Assembly (NCBI GenBank): GCA_973895155.1
Contig: OZ316892.1
Coordinates: forward strand, 2,855,223 to 2,919,222
Length of the DNA stretch: 64,000 bases
Source of the DNA: Marsupella aquatica
Taxonomy: Eukaryota > Plantae > Marchantiophyta
Direction: 5' to 3'
The notes under the pieces were generated by a model. The model searched no databases and had not been told where the DNA came from. It saw nothing but the letters and a program-made list of their open reading frames with translations. Numbering within the stretch: the first letter of the stretch is position 1; the number at the start of each line of letters is the position of its first letter. Position numbers and translations under genes: made by a program. This document shows positions 27,701 through 40,260 of the stretch, piece by piece.

Positions 27701-30700
27701 GGGCAGTACAGTTCCTGAACTTGACTTCTCACTCAACTTGTTTATGTGGATCCCATTACGACTAGAACTACACGAGCAAACAAAAGGCAGTCCGGCGGTG
27801 CCACCAAGTGCAGATCGGCGCATGTTTGAAATGCTGTGTGTCTTATCACTCCCACCAAAACAGTCTGAAACAAAGAGAGCAAGTGTTGCTATCCTTTGAT
27901 ACACACTCAATTTCTGATCTCCCTTTTGAGACGTTTCGAGACGAGCAAGCAGTTGCTGAGCTGAGAGGGCCATGACATCGAGCTCTTCATCCTTCTCTCT
28001 GCAACCACAGCACAGCTTGTTTCAGGCTTCCAGTGGACAAATTTATAGTTCTCACACCAACCAAACAAGAAGTCAGACATACAAATCTCATAGACTGCAG
28101 GACCATACATATTTGTGATGCGCACCAAGATAATCTCCCAAAATAGAAGGCCAATCGACTCATACTGGATAGATAGTGTAGTCTTCAACTTCTGATGGTA
28201 ACTACGATTTCTTAGCCTTGAAGGCATGTCCACTACTTGGAAAAAAGTTGTCCCACTGGTAAATACCTGTCGACAAGGATGACCTCTCGTGAATCAAAGC
28301 ACAACTGCTCTTTCTCCAACACCTCGAGAGGTAAAAATGGACGATCGCGTCCAGCGTCATAGAAGCCATCATGAAGACGATCATCGAATCCAACAAAAGA
28401 CTCAATGCAATACTTAAAGGAGACTTCCGAGAACCCCTGCACGGACCTCCTCCTTTTAGTAGGTTTCGGGTTCCTATCCCTGTCGCTATCTTGTCTTCTA
28501 GGGGTTTTGGTGCCTGCCACTGAGATGCAACTATTCAAACTTTCACTGGTTTCCTCATTCGCATTATCCCCTTGGTCCTCCTCCAGGCTCGCTTCCTGTA
28601 CATCCAGCTTAGATCTGTCTCCACTGATGGCCTTTCTACAGCAATTTTGCTCATCTAAAGAACCTGCATTAGTTTCAATTTGGAATGCCTCCAATTCGAC
28701 TATAGAAGATTGTTTGTGGTGATGAGTCCTCACACTTTTCTTCACCGTATCAGTAACATTGCCTGCTTGATGAGGATCATCTGCCTGCAAATCAGTTGAT
28801 GGGATGACAACATCAGGCTGCTCGATATTCTCTCCACCGGTCAAGTCAACTACTCTCGGATGTGGCTCAAATGATTCCATCAACTTGTTAGCAACGTTCG
28901 AAGGCTCAGACTCCCTCTCTGCCTTGGCCTGTGAGATATTCTCTGATGATCTATCCTTTCCACTTATCTCAAAGCTGCTTCCTCGATCAGAGCTACTTCC
29001 AGTCACAGTCACATCAGCCGCGTCTCCATTCTCTTCAAACCTGTGCTTTCTGCTGCTGTTGAGTCTATCTTGTCTAGCCTTTTGTTGCTGATTATCCTGC
29101 TTTTTCCAGCCTCGCCTTCCCTTCACTGTCACATGAACTTTCGAGCTTCCCGGAGTTCCTTTTGCAGCTGGAGCAGGCGGGGTACGATCCCCATTGCCTG
29201 CTTCAACCACGAAGGCAACCGTCAAAACATGGAATACAACAGGAATAACCACAAAATGTACTTTTGTCATACGAAGACAGTTACATCTTTCGTTGGTCAT
29301 CTTACAGAACTAATTAAAGCTCACCATCGATGCCATCTGCACTTTTCGGGTCCTCAGAAGGTTCCCAGTCCAGAAGATAATCCTCCATCCCAATTCCGGG
29401 TTGATCCTCGCATTTATTCTCTTTTAACTGGAGCTTCTCATTACCATCTAGCTTGCAGACAATCCAATCAGGAACTTCTCCAATTTGCTGTAACTTGTTA
29501 AACTACAACAAACAAGAGAAAAATGTCAGTAAAAACCTAACTTGAGTAAAAACTATGAAATTCAGAAAAACGCACATCGGGAATTTCTAAGACCCAATTC
29601 TCTATAACAGAACAAATCTCACTATGCCGTGAATCGTACAAGAAGACCACATCTTTTAGAACAGACCACATGCATAAAACTAAGAATTACCTGCGCATTC
29701 AATATTCTTAGAGAGGTCATCGAGGGAAGTCGAAGCGAACTCAAGGACACAAGTCGGTTATGGGACACATCAATACTTGTCACCCTCGGAAGATCTGTCA
29801 GCTCAGGTGGAAGGTCCACCAACTTGTTACTTGCGACTCTGAGAGTTTTCAGTGATACAAGGCCGGCAAGTTCTTTCGGCAGTGTTTTCAGCTTGTTGAA
29901 GGAGAGATCCAGCTCTTCCAAATTCTCCAACATGCCAAGTTCAACAGGGACCCACCTGCATTGCACAACACCCAGATTATTCGGTGCTACTCGGAATTGT
30001 GGCATCCTCAGAAGACTTTTAAATTGTGAAACAGCAAAAGTTCTCACGGAGCATTGCTACGGTGGGTGACGCTTTCTGACAAACTCCTTCTCTCGAAGAT
30101 GTATGCATTGTCAAAGGAACATGATCCTCAATGCGTTTTGCATACGTTGCGGCATTTGATGCCATCGAATGAGACTGTTTTGGAAGAGTTTTGATGACAT
30201 CGAAGTTAGATTGGAATGGCTCTTTGGAATGAGTCCAAAATACGATTGGAAGAGGCCTTTCCATGTGAGGAGATGTGAGATATTCACATGGTCTCTAGGA
30301 CACCGTGTGGATGAAAAGTATTGCTAAAAACATTCTTCGCATGGAACACAGGATTTACTGTTCGCACAGTATGGTTTTAGGGATAGACTTATCCGTGAAA
30401 AGATATGTTCATGAAGTTGTTCATAAACCACTTCGTTACAATCCGAACACGTTATTGGAACAGGGAGTAGCTAACGCACATGCACCCAACGCAACCGGTA
30501 GCACGGAAAGGCTCAAGGGACAAAGCTGTAGGGAAATCAGGACCTTGGATACAACGAGGTAACTGCAATTCGTAGAGATACTCTACTAGCGCGCTGAGGC
30601 AGACTATTGAGTAGAAAATCAGGTCACTTCTGCAGCTGAGCAGCAAACAAGGTTGGCGGCTATCCTGTGGGGAGAACAAACCCCGTTTATGTTCCTGCTA

Positions 30701-31710
30701 CTACAGTTTCAGGATCCCATGTACCTTAAGACTTCCCAAAAAACAGTGAATGCTCCAGGTTACAGACATAATGCAATTCCAGGATCAACTCTGATACTTT
30801 GGCTCAAGTAAATGTTAAAACCTTTTATTTTACAGACATCATGAAATGCACCAAGTCGAGCACTAACCATAACACATAAAGCCGGTAAAAGATCTTCCAC
30901 ACCGGGCTGTGTAAGCAATGCTTGATCTGTTCTGATTCAAGAGAAAAACCCTCAGGGTTTCTTAAATTCAAGAGTAGATACGAAATGCACATGAACTTAC
31001 ACTTCTACTCAGAAAAAAAGGCATAAGTCGGGCAACCAAATTCAAGCGTGTGGTGGGGTTTGAATTTTAAAAACTTACGAGATGGCGAAATGACAAATAG
31101 AAAGGCGCGTGAGAGAATGAAGTTGTGCAATCTCACGGGAGAGAGACGAAGCTGATGGGCGGACTGGAACTTGATGGAGTTCCAACGCCTTTAAAGACCT
31201 AAGCTTGTCAAGGGGCGGCAAACTTCCAAGGCCCGCAGGCGACACTTTCAAGAATAAATGCTCGAGCTGAGTAAGTTCAGCCAACTCCTCAGGCAGTGTC
31301 CTGACCTCATTGGAGAAAAATTTCAGCTTTCTCAAATTCTTATACTTTTGTATTGACGCAGGCAAGACTGTGAAGGTGTTGTCAAACACAAACATATTCT
31401 TCACTTTCGCAGCCTGCTCCTTCTTCGCATATCCCAGCGAAGACACTGAGGACCCACTTGGAGAGACGTCCACAATTTCCTCTTCATCCGACCGTTCAGG
31501 GTTTCTCACTTCCTCGTCTAGGGTTCTCTCTGCGTTTACAACATTGGATTCTTCCTTCGCCTCTGAAGCACCTGTGTGAACCAGACTGCTCTCCATGAGC
31601 TCCTGCTCATCTACCATTTTTGTCCCCTTTTCCCCATTCCGGCGAGCGTCCTGCGAAACGATTTCCGCTCCAGTGGTGTACGACTCAGCCTCCGACACTG
31701 ACAGATCCAT
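24734..31710 (-). CDS. Cytoplasmic LRR + EDR1/CTR1-like domain + Ser/Thr protein kinase (resembles the Arabidopsis AT1G04210 family), 11 exons, 1302 aa
   Basis: Exons: 31710-31079, 29955-29691, 29502-29325, 29197-28267, 27998-27581, 27449-27268, 26912-26747, 26428-26192, 26081-25722, 25482-25381, 25171-24734 (3909 nt, GT-AG, phases consistent). LRRs (LEELDLSFNKLKTLP), DGFYDAGRDRPF, GVCRHRAILFKYLCD, PCELVRGYLDYMPHAWN; kinase motifs GHGASG, AAK, HRDIKSSN, DFD, GTPRWIAPE, DLWSFG. Confidence 0.93.
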
Positions 31711-32989
31711 ACGAATACACTCCAAATTCGCATGAAAATGGTCGCCAGAGCAATCAGTGACTAAAATAGCCAAAGAGCCGATAAGAACATGCCCCGGGCA
31801 CAACAGCTCTCATTTCACGTGCCCTATTCTGAAACATTGCGCCAGTCTCCAAAGCAGCATGACGGAGGAGTCACTGGTCCCCGAGGCATGCCAACTTAGG
31901 CGCACGACGAGTTCCAAAATAATCAGTTAGCAACGAGAGTTGAGGGCTCTTGCTGAGGAGAGTTTCTCGAACAACTGTATGAATGGACGCATGTTCCACC
32001 CTACCTCATTGAATTGCTTACTTGCAGGGCACGCCAACCGTATCAATTCCGCTTCGGTGAGAAGCAGAGAAAGAACGTGGGCCGTTGGCTCTCATCAAGA
32101 TTGGTGCCGAGGACCAAGAGTCAAACGAATGGCTCACGTGTACATCATCCCTGCACCTGCCCACCTATCCAAATGCTCCATGACGAGAATGTCGTCTGGT
32201 GATGCACGAGTCGTCCCCAGTCCAGTGAAGAACGGCGTGCACTCCTCTCCAACATCGACACCATGGAAGAGGCAGAATAACAAAATTTCTCAGGACACAT
32301 AACAGAGGACCGATTCCGCACCAACGTCTGCCACCTCTCGGACTAGCTCATTCGCACTCTCACCCCCGCCCTGCAAATAATGACCAGGGAATCATCCGAT
32401 TTCAATCGTCGACAAGAGCAGAGTACGTCACCCCACATATAAAAATAAATTATAATGCTCCAATACCGTGGGCCCTGCCAAGCCTATAGCCGTAAGCTCC
32501 GGTTCCTCCTCTTCTTCTTCCACTTCCTGCGCCGCAAACCTGTTCCCTCCGTCCCTTCTCACAACGGCTTTGCAAAAGCAAACCCGCTCGAATTTAAACC
32601 AAACGCACTCTCCTCTGCCCCTTTGATCGTAGTATCGAGCACTGTTCCTCCCCTTCCTCCTCGCGTTCAGTCCGTACTCAGTAGTAATAAATAAGTAGTA
32701 ATCTGGTCCGTCCTAGCACCAGTCTAGTATGCACCCTCTCCTCTCCATTGTAGTTCACTCGTATGCTGTCTCTGCACTCTCCCCTCGTCTCCGCTCCTCA
32801 CTGCTTTCCTCATCCCTTCTTTCACTCCGGCCGCTCGTGCGCCAACATGCAATGCAGGCAGACGGAGCGCCAGAAGAGCAACAACCAAAACCACATCAGC
32901 ACTTCAGCAGCAGTAGCAGCAGCAAAGAAAATGCCTCCGCGCACGAGAAGTTGAAGCAGAAAAAGGACCAAAATCGAGGCTGCGAAGAT

Positions 32990-33600
32990 TTCGGCGGAGC
33001 AACGAGAAGAGCTTGGTTTCTCTCCTCAACAACCACAACCACAGCACCAAAGGAGGTGCGGTGCCTCCGCAGCAGAGGGTTCTTTATTTCGCACGACAAA
33101 CTGAAGCACGAAAAGTTGTTCCAAAGAACAAGATTACTTCGGAAGAGGAACGAGAAGAGCTTGTTTTCTCCCTTCCACAGCAATAACAACAACAGAAGCA
33201 GAAGCAGAAGCGACGAAAGTGCCTCCGTAAAAGAGGATTTCTATTCCCCACCAGAAATTGAAAGCAGGAAAAGTTCTTCCAAAGAAGAAGATTACTTCGG
33301 AGGAGGAACGAGAAGAAGAGCTTGTTTTCTCCCTTCCACAACAATATAACGACAGCAGAAGCAGAAGCAACAAAGGTGCCTCCGCAAAAGAGGATTTCTA
33401 ATCCCCACCAGAAATTGAAAGCAGGAAAAGTTCTTCTGGAGAAGAAGATTTCTTCGGAGGAGGAACGAAAAGAAGAGCTCGTGGTTCTAGAGAAGAAGAT
33501 TTCTTCAGAGGAGGAACGAAAAGAAGAGCTCCTTTGTCTCCCTTAAACAGCAACAATAGCAGCAGAAGCAACGAAAGGGCCTCCGTAGAAAGCGGATTTC
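32990..33600. repeat. Degenerate ~150-165-bp purine-rich tandem repeat (~4 copies) upstream of the kinase
   Basis: Recurring gaagagcttgttttctcccttccaca...gcagaagc...gtgcctccg.aaaagaggatttcta.tccccaccagaaattgaaagcaggaaaagttctt...aagatt.cttcggaggaggaacga. Confidence 0.85.
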
Positions 33601-34444
33601 TGAGACGCACGAGAAGGTGGAGCAGGAGAAGAACACGAAGGAAATGTAATCGGAGGAGGATGGAGAAGAGCTTGCTCCAGAAGCTGCCCAACTCCCTTCT
33701 CGGGCGAATGAGTACGCCAAATGCTCCCTTTTGTTCGTTCGTCTTCGCCCTTTTCTTTTTGCCACCGTGTCCGAAGCTCTTGTCTGGCGACGGTATCGTA
33801 CCCGGACGGCGTCTGCGCCCGTCGGCAGCACCGTCCAACACACATCTTCTCGCCCGCATAGGGTAACCCATGGGCGCCCGAATAGGGTAACCCAAGGAGG
33901 TTAGGGATTACAGCCTTGGCTTCCAAATGACAAAAGTATCCAGGCGTCCTGGTTAGAAAGCATTGTGAGATATAATGCCCTGGAAAAATGAGGGAATTAT
34001 TGCCTGTAATTCTCATAATGTACTTGAGTGGTTTTTGGGAAAGCGACAAGGGAAAATGAATCTCTGAAATAGAAAAAACAAGTTAAACGGTCATGCAAGA
34101 AGTGGTTGCTATGCAATTGGCCAAAGATGTGAAAGAAGTTAAAAGCAAATCTTGTGATCTTTGATATAATTGATTATGTTGTCTTAAGTAACACTATATT
34201 TGGGTTTTACCTTTCTTCCATTTATGGTGTTTCACATAATCCCCTCCTCAAATAAGGGAGGCTGTATGAACTCAAAAATACAAATAGAAAACTCACAAAA
34301 GTCTTTAACTATCTAAAATGCTGAATCACATATTAGCCATTTCATTGCAAGTTTTGTTTCCTGAATCACATAAAAGGCATTTCATTGCCAGTTTTGTTTC
34401 AGAGAGTTCCTTACAAATTTAAACAATAAGATTTCCACCAAAGT

Positions 34445-34720
34445 TTATAAACCAGGAACAAGACACAGTACAATGAAAGGAAACAAAAAAAGTGGTCCAA
34501 AGAACAAAGAGAACCAAAAAGTTTTCTTTCAAAGACTTCCTTACAAATTTGAGTTAGCCAAGCAAGGTATTTGACGCCGCTGTGCAAACAGTCATTGTTG
34601 AAACTCTACCAGCGCGACTCCCTCACTAAGAACACTCACCAAGCTGACCTCCTGCTGCACCCTCGATTAAGCACACTCGCGAGCTACTCTGCACATTTGC
34701 TGTTGTGTGTCCAGTGGGTC
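34445..34720 (-). mobile_element. Second decayed CRE-like LINE 3' end
   Basis: Minus-strand tail ttggaccacttttttgtttcctttcattgtactgtgtcttgttcctggtttataaa resembles the tail at 2730-2786. Upstream peptide remnants (ASVLNR..SLVSVLSEGVALVE) are weak. Confidence 0.4.
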
Positions 34721-35279
34721 CGTCACACTAAACCCCTAAGCTCAAACTGAACCCCATGTTAACCTGGGTTACACGCAATTGGGCACTCTATATCGGTGAC
34801 AAAACCTGGGCGTGACTGGTCGGGCCTCACATTTGGTGCCTGACCAATTATGATCGTTGCCCTGACTGGCTCGAGTCCCAGGCGCAATCATTCATGAAAA
34901 AAATGCATATTTAGTTGAGATGCATGATTAATTCACAAATAGAAGCTAAAGTTGGGGTCTAGATTTCTAGAGTGAAGCATTTAAACCATAACTCTAGGGC
35001 CCCACCAAATGTATGTCAATGGAGAGCAGAATGGGATGTATGGTATATCAAAATGATGATCATGCATGGTACTTTTTGTTATCACTCTATTGTGATTCAA
35101 AGAATGGGCATTCAGGCTTATGCATATGTAAGGGAACATGTTCAAGATAGTCCCTGGCCATATATAAGGGAAAAGTGTCCAAAACTTCTCTCTTTCCCCA
35201 TTCTATTAACTCAGTTCCTCTAGTGTGCCAACCTGCTCTGTGAATTCAGGAAAAAGCTAGTGGATCTAGGTTTTGTTAT

Positions 35280-35850
35280 GGCTATTGGTGGTTTAAGAAG
35301 TGGGGGTTACGGCCATGGCTTCCGAGTGGTCATGGGTTAACAATTGGGGGTTTAAGCCATTGCTTCCGAGTGGTCATGGGTTAACATGGATTAAGAAGCG
35401 TATTTAAGCCATGAGTGTAATTCTAATGTCTCCATTTATGACCTGAGAATTATGCTGAAATTAAATACCCCTCAGGGTGGGCTATCCAAGGGGCCCAATA
35501 TCTCATAAGCCCCAGGCCAAGCTGGTAGGGGGGTAATGTCTCCTAACTACCCACAGAAATACAGACAAAAAAATACTCAAGAGGTTTACGTGTACAGTAA
35601 CCCATGGACCCAACAGGGTTCTGGACTGTAATCCCTGAGGGGTTAGAACCATGGCTTCCAAAGGGCCATGGATTAACAAGTGTAAGCCTTGAGTTGTACT
35701 CTATTCATGACCTGAAAATTGTGCCTAAAATTGGATAACCCTTTAGGCATGCTTCCAACGGGAGTCAAAATCTCATAACCCTAAACCAGGCTGGTAATGG
35801 CTCATAACCACCCATAGAAATACAAAGAAAATAACACACAAGGGTTTAAG
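35280..35850. repeat. Nested tandem/direct repeats
   Basis: gccat(g/t)gcttccgagtggtcatgggttaaca x2, and a ~200-bp block (atgacctga.aatt.tgc...tctcataa.cc...gctggta...acccaYagaaataca) x2. Confidence 0.75.
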
Positions 35851-36070
35851 GGCCCCACAATGGGTGGATAACGGAGAGATGGGTTTTTTTGTAAGACCTC
35901 CCAAACAGGCCCAGTCCACAGATAGTCCCTACTGTGGGGGCTTTTTAAATTGTCAACTTTAAAATTTGCATAATCATAATCACTCTTGTTGCTGGCCTCC
36001 TCCTAGCCTCTGCCCAGTCTGTAACAAGTGACAATGCGGCAAATCAAAAGTAACTTGTACTCATTGTCAC

Positions 36071-36620
36071 CTACGTCAAGTGTTCATTGCTGCAGAAAAT
36101 TTCACAATAGCCGCATTTGAATACTTGATGCCGGCCAAACTCGTAGAATCCAACCAATTCAATATTCACCCTGTGCCCATCAACTCTATTAGGAGCCCTC
36201 CACTGTGCACCTATTGCAGTGAACTGATGTTGTAGCCATATCTCAGTTTGAGAGTGGGACCTTAAAGATTTATAATTTGCGCCACTAAAACTAGTCACCT
36301 GAGCCTTTGCCTCTTCCCAAGTGCAGTAAATCCCAGGACTCCTACCCTTTGCAATGGCATACACATATCTCCTCCGCCCTTCTGGTCCGGACGCATTGAC
36401 AGCCACACATCAAAACGGGCTAGTCACATCATGAAAACCCCATGCAGAAACTTGTGTGAAAGTGAATCCAATAAAAACTGCAATACGGTAAAAATCAATT
36501 GGAACATGAACCATATTGTCTTCATGTAATCGCAAAATTTGGGTGGTGGGGGCCATAATTCCATGGAAATTCCTGAACCATGTCTTTCGGCCATCCAAGG
36601 TTGGGCCATAAACTTCACAC
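36071..36620 (-). pseudogene. Interrupted ORF containing an RNase H1 N-terminal hybrid-binding (Cauli_VI / viroplasmin) domain
   Basis: YVYAIAKGRSPGIYCTWEEAKAQVTSFSGANYKSL matches the HBD consensus YAV..GR.PGIY.TW.E...QV..F.GA.YK.F. ORFs 36410-36598 and 36071-36406 are in one frame separated by a TGA. No catalytic RNase H seen. Confidence 0.8.
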
Positions 36621-38919
36621 TAGATGTTGTTGGTCACAATATCAAGCAAATACTGGTTATAGGAACTACTACAATAACTTCTTAAAGAAAAGTGTCAGAG
36701 AGGTCCTATTTGGTAAGAGAAGTTTAGTAGGGTCCTAGCTATCAGGTAAAAAGTTCTGACTAGGGTCCCATCATGCATATACCTCTTCAACTAGCCCTAA
36801 TATCTTTACATATGCATAGGAAGGGCTCCCCTAAGCAGACTCCCCAAGCTTGTCCCTACTCAAAAGCATAGTCTAAATATCAAAGAATTATGTCACTCAA
36901 GAAATTATAGCCTATGGCTTCAGTCAACAAAATAGGTCATGAAACATAGATTTTGATCACTAGTTATAGTGCGATATGAAGATACACAAGATTTTCCCGG
37001 GGGTTTTCCACTATTCTAGCTGCAAAATGGATGTTGGGGCTAAAAACTACAGCCCATGCCCTTGGTTCTTGGGATCATCAACCCTGCATTCACATTATGA
37101 TCCACACTAGTTTAGCCTTAGTAAACTAAGCTAATTTATCTTCTTCTGTGAATGACCTGGCGTCCCCCTGCACTAGGGGTTGTGTTATCAAGCAGACTTT
37201 ATACTTGAGTGAAGGTTTACTTTCAAGGGAAAGTACAGCCCATGGAAGTGTTAGACCCTCATTTGAATCTCCAAATTTAGGGAATGTGGAAACCTCACTC
37301 TCGTATTGCATCTTATGGAATGTGGTCTCCTGGCAGTTCTTGGAGGTTATCCTATAACATGAGCTTGACTCTACAGTCAGTTGCAATTTGCCATTATTTG
37401 AGTGATTTTACACCAGCCAAAACTTTGTAAAATGTGGATTAAGAGTTGATTTAATAGACTTGGCCCTCTACGCCTTTCGCCCCTCCTTGCTGCCCCCTAA
37501 ACTAATTTATATTAGTACACATTTCACTGAAATTGTGGGGATCACAATGTGTCAATTTTTGCTTATAGCAGTAGTAGGATTGTTTAGGGTTTAAGGCTGC
37601 AAGGTGATACTCTTGGGGATCACTTGTATAGTCATTACTTGATATGCTGAAAGGCAACCGTAGAGCAAAATTGCAAGCTCGAACTTCCGGACTCATCAGG
37701 CATCTCAAGAGGCATCAGTCTCCTATAAATTGTCTGGCTACCTAAGATTTCTAATGCTTCCGTACCTGGCTTGATTCATGAGTAATTTAACCATGACACT
37801 TAGAATAGCTTGAACTGTGGTTAAGATATTCGGTTTGAGGGAGAAGTAGCACTTATTGATGTACAAGGGCTAGCAGACTTGTCTACAACATTCTGAAGTC
37901 AGTTCAATGCCAAAAAATGAGAGAAGAGTACGGTAGGCCCCGGGTAAGGTCCAATTTATTAATGGAGCCAAATAGCTTCACATTACCGCTGCAGCAATCT
38001 CTTGCACACAGGCTTTGAGCAAATAGTTTCAATTTTTGAGATTGATAATTTCTGAAACACTCTTCAAATCTTACCTGCTGAATAAGTGGTGCGTGGGGTC
38101 CCTAACTGCAATTCGTGATTGAACTTGAATTCAAGAAGGCCGATGGACCAGGATTCTCTTATTTGTGTTCTCAGGAGATTAGTCCCCTTCCAGTTAGATT
38201 GACTCACTAAGGTCAGTGCCTTTCACTCTCGCTTTTGCTTGTGCTATCTCTCAGAGTACTACTTGTGATACCATTACTTCAACTGTCATTTCTCCACCAA
38301 ATTGTTCGGACAAATTGTGGATCTTGGGTGCCGAATGAGGCCCAACAGATAGCCCAAGCCGACCATACTCAAAGTTACAGCACTCAAGATGCCATACGCT
38401 CCGTTTCTATCTGAGGTTTTGGTCTCTTCTATCTACATACACATTAAACAATTCTGCCTCAAAGATTTGAGATCACTTAAATTGAACTGTCTACAATCAT
38501 TATTGGAGAAACAAATTTCTGTAGAACTTAGCCTGGAGGGCTTTTACCCAAGTGCAATCCAATGAATGAAAAAGTTCATAAGAAAGATTACCAGATACGA
38601 GGTTACTTCTTTCACAACATTGACCTCTTTGAAGTCAACTTGGATTGATACTATTCATGGTATGGACCATCAAATATCTTCTCCATCTCAGATTTTCCCC
38701 TGCTGCCGATGCCCATCCATGAAATCCAATTCCATAATGTCGTCAAAGAGCTGAATTGAGTTGGCCAGCTAAGATTTTGCCACTGGTCCTGAGTGCACAA
38801 GTTATGGGTCCGATGGGTCCGTAGTTGAAGGTACCGCCTTCTTGCCGTTGCATTAAACTGTCCTTCTCTAGTGAGTTTCCAACTATCTTTGTTGCCAATT
38901 TTTTCCCTCGTCTTGTCCA

Positions 38920-39660
38920 CTCTTCTTTCCGAAGATCATTTTTCAAAATTTCCTCAAGTCCCATTCTGATTTCTTGGAAAACAAAAATTAAACAGCTATT
39001 TAACCAAGTCTGGAATCTCTAGGATGTGAACCCGAGCTGAGTAACTATTTTGCCGTCCACTTTCAAAGCGCATATTCATCTTGAGTTATCTCCACCGATT
39101 AGTATGCAAGTAGGCCCAAATGATGATATTATGGCTGTGATTATCTTCATTTGGTTGCCTCATATTATACTGACAAAATTCCGCCCATGTTGAATTTGGC
39201 TCTTCAACCCAATAAATATCACAAGATTTTAGAGAATGCAACATGTCAATTTGGATCTTGAAAGCCAATACATATATTGGTGCAACATTGCACAACAGAT
39301 GGTTTAACATTTTCAATATAATATAGATTTTAGGGTCTAGATTGACATGCTTTATTCTCTAAACTCTTTTGATGTTTATTGGTTTGAAGAGCCAGATACA
39401 TTGATGAACTATTGCCAGTATAGTATGGGGCAGCCAAATGAAGATAATCACAACTATGACATAGTCATTGAGCTTACCTGGATACCAGTCGATAAAGATA
39501 ACTCAAGACAAATATAGGCTTTGAAAGTGGACAGCAAATAGTTACTTAGCTTGGGTTCACATCAGAAATCCTAGACTTGGCTAAATAGTTGTCTCATTAC
39601 TATTTTTCGAGAAATCAAAATGGGACCCGAGAAATCTGAAAGATGATCTTCGGAGAGAAG
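38920..39660. repeat. Long imperfect inverted repeat (arms ~38920-39265 and ~39328-39660), with a third partial copy at ~40040-40180
   Basis: Colinear reverse-complement blocks: gtccactttcaaagc/gctttgaaagtggac, gtgattatcttcatttgg/ccaaatgaagataatcac, gatgtgaaccc/gggttcacatc, ccgaagatcat/atgatcttcgg. Confidence 0.88.
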
Positions 39661-40260
39661 AAGGGACCAAAGGAGGAGAACATGAACAAGGCAAAGGTGG
39701 ATGGGGAAATGGAGGAGATTTATATGCAAGAAGAACATTGGACCTCTTCCAAACTATTCCATTCATTAATGTCAAACTTTATGAATTTAACACAATTACC
39801 TCAGATAAGCAAACCTAAAACAACTGAAAAACAATTCTTTTGGCTTTTTTTTAAGGAAAACAAAAACAAAAAAACAACAACTGAAAAACAATTCATAAAG
39901 TATTATGAGTCCTTTCACCATAGCACAATTATTTTTCATAACCTTCATAGATACTATCATTGTTTGAATGTATGTTGGTTTGACGACCCAGACTCAACAG
40001 GGGCTAAATTTTAACTGTATAAAATGAGGTCATCAATCAAAATCAACCACAATTATGACATTATTACTGAGCCTACCTGCATACCAGTCAGTGGAACTCA
40101 AACTGAATAGTTATCTTGTTTCTGGTTTTAGGGAAATCAAAATGGAACCAGGAGAAAGGTGATGATCGGAGAGAAGAGCCTCACTAGCACACAATGCCAA
40201 AGTTAATTGGAGCAGAGAAGATCAAAAGAGAAAAGAGGGGACCAATGGAGCGTCTCCTTT

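Noticed and set aside
28405-29501. Plus-strand ORFs overlapping kinase exons (similar ones overlap TnpD and the MULE)
   Set aside because: Antisense shadows of real coding sequence.
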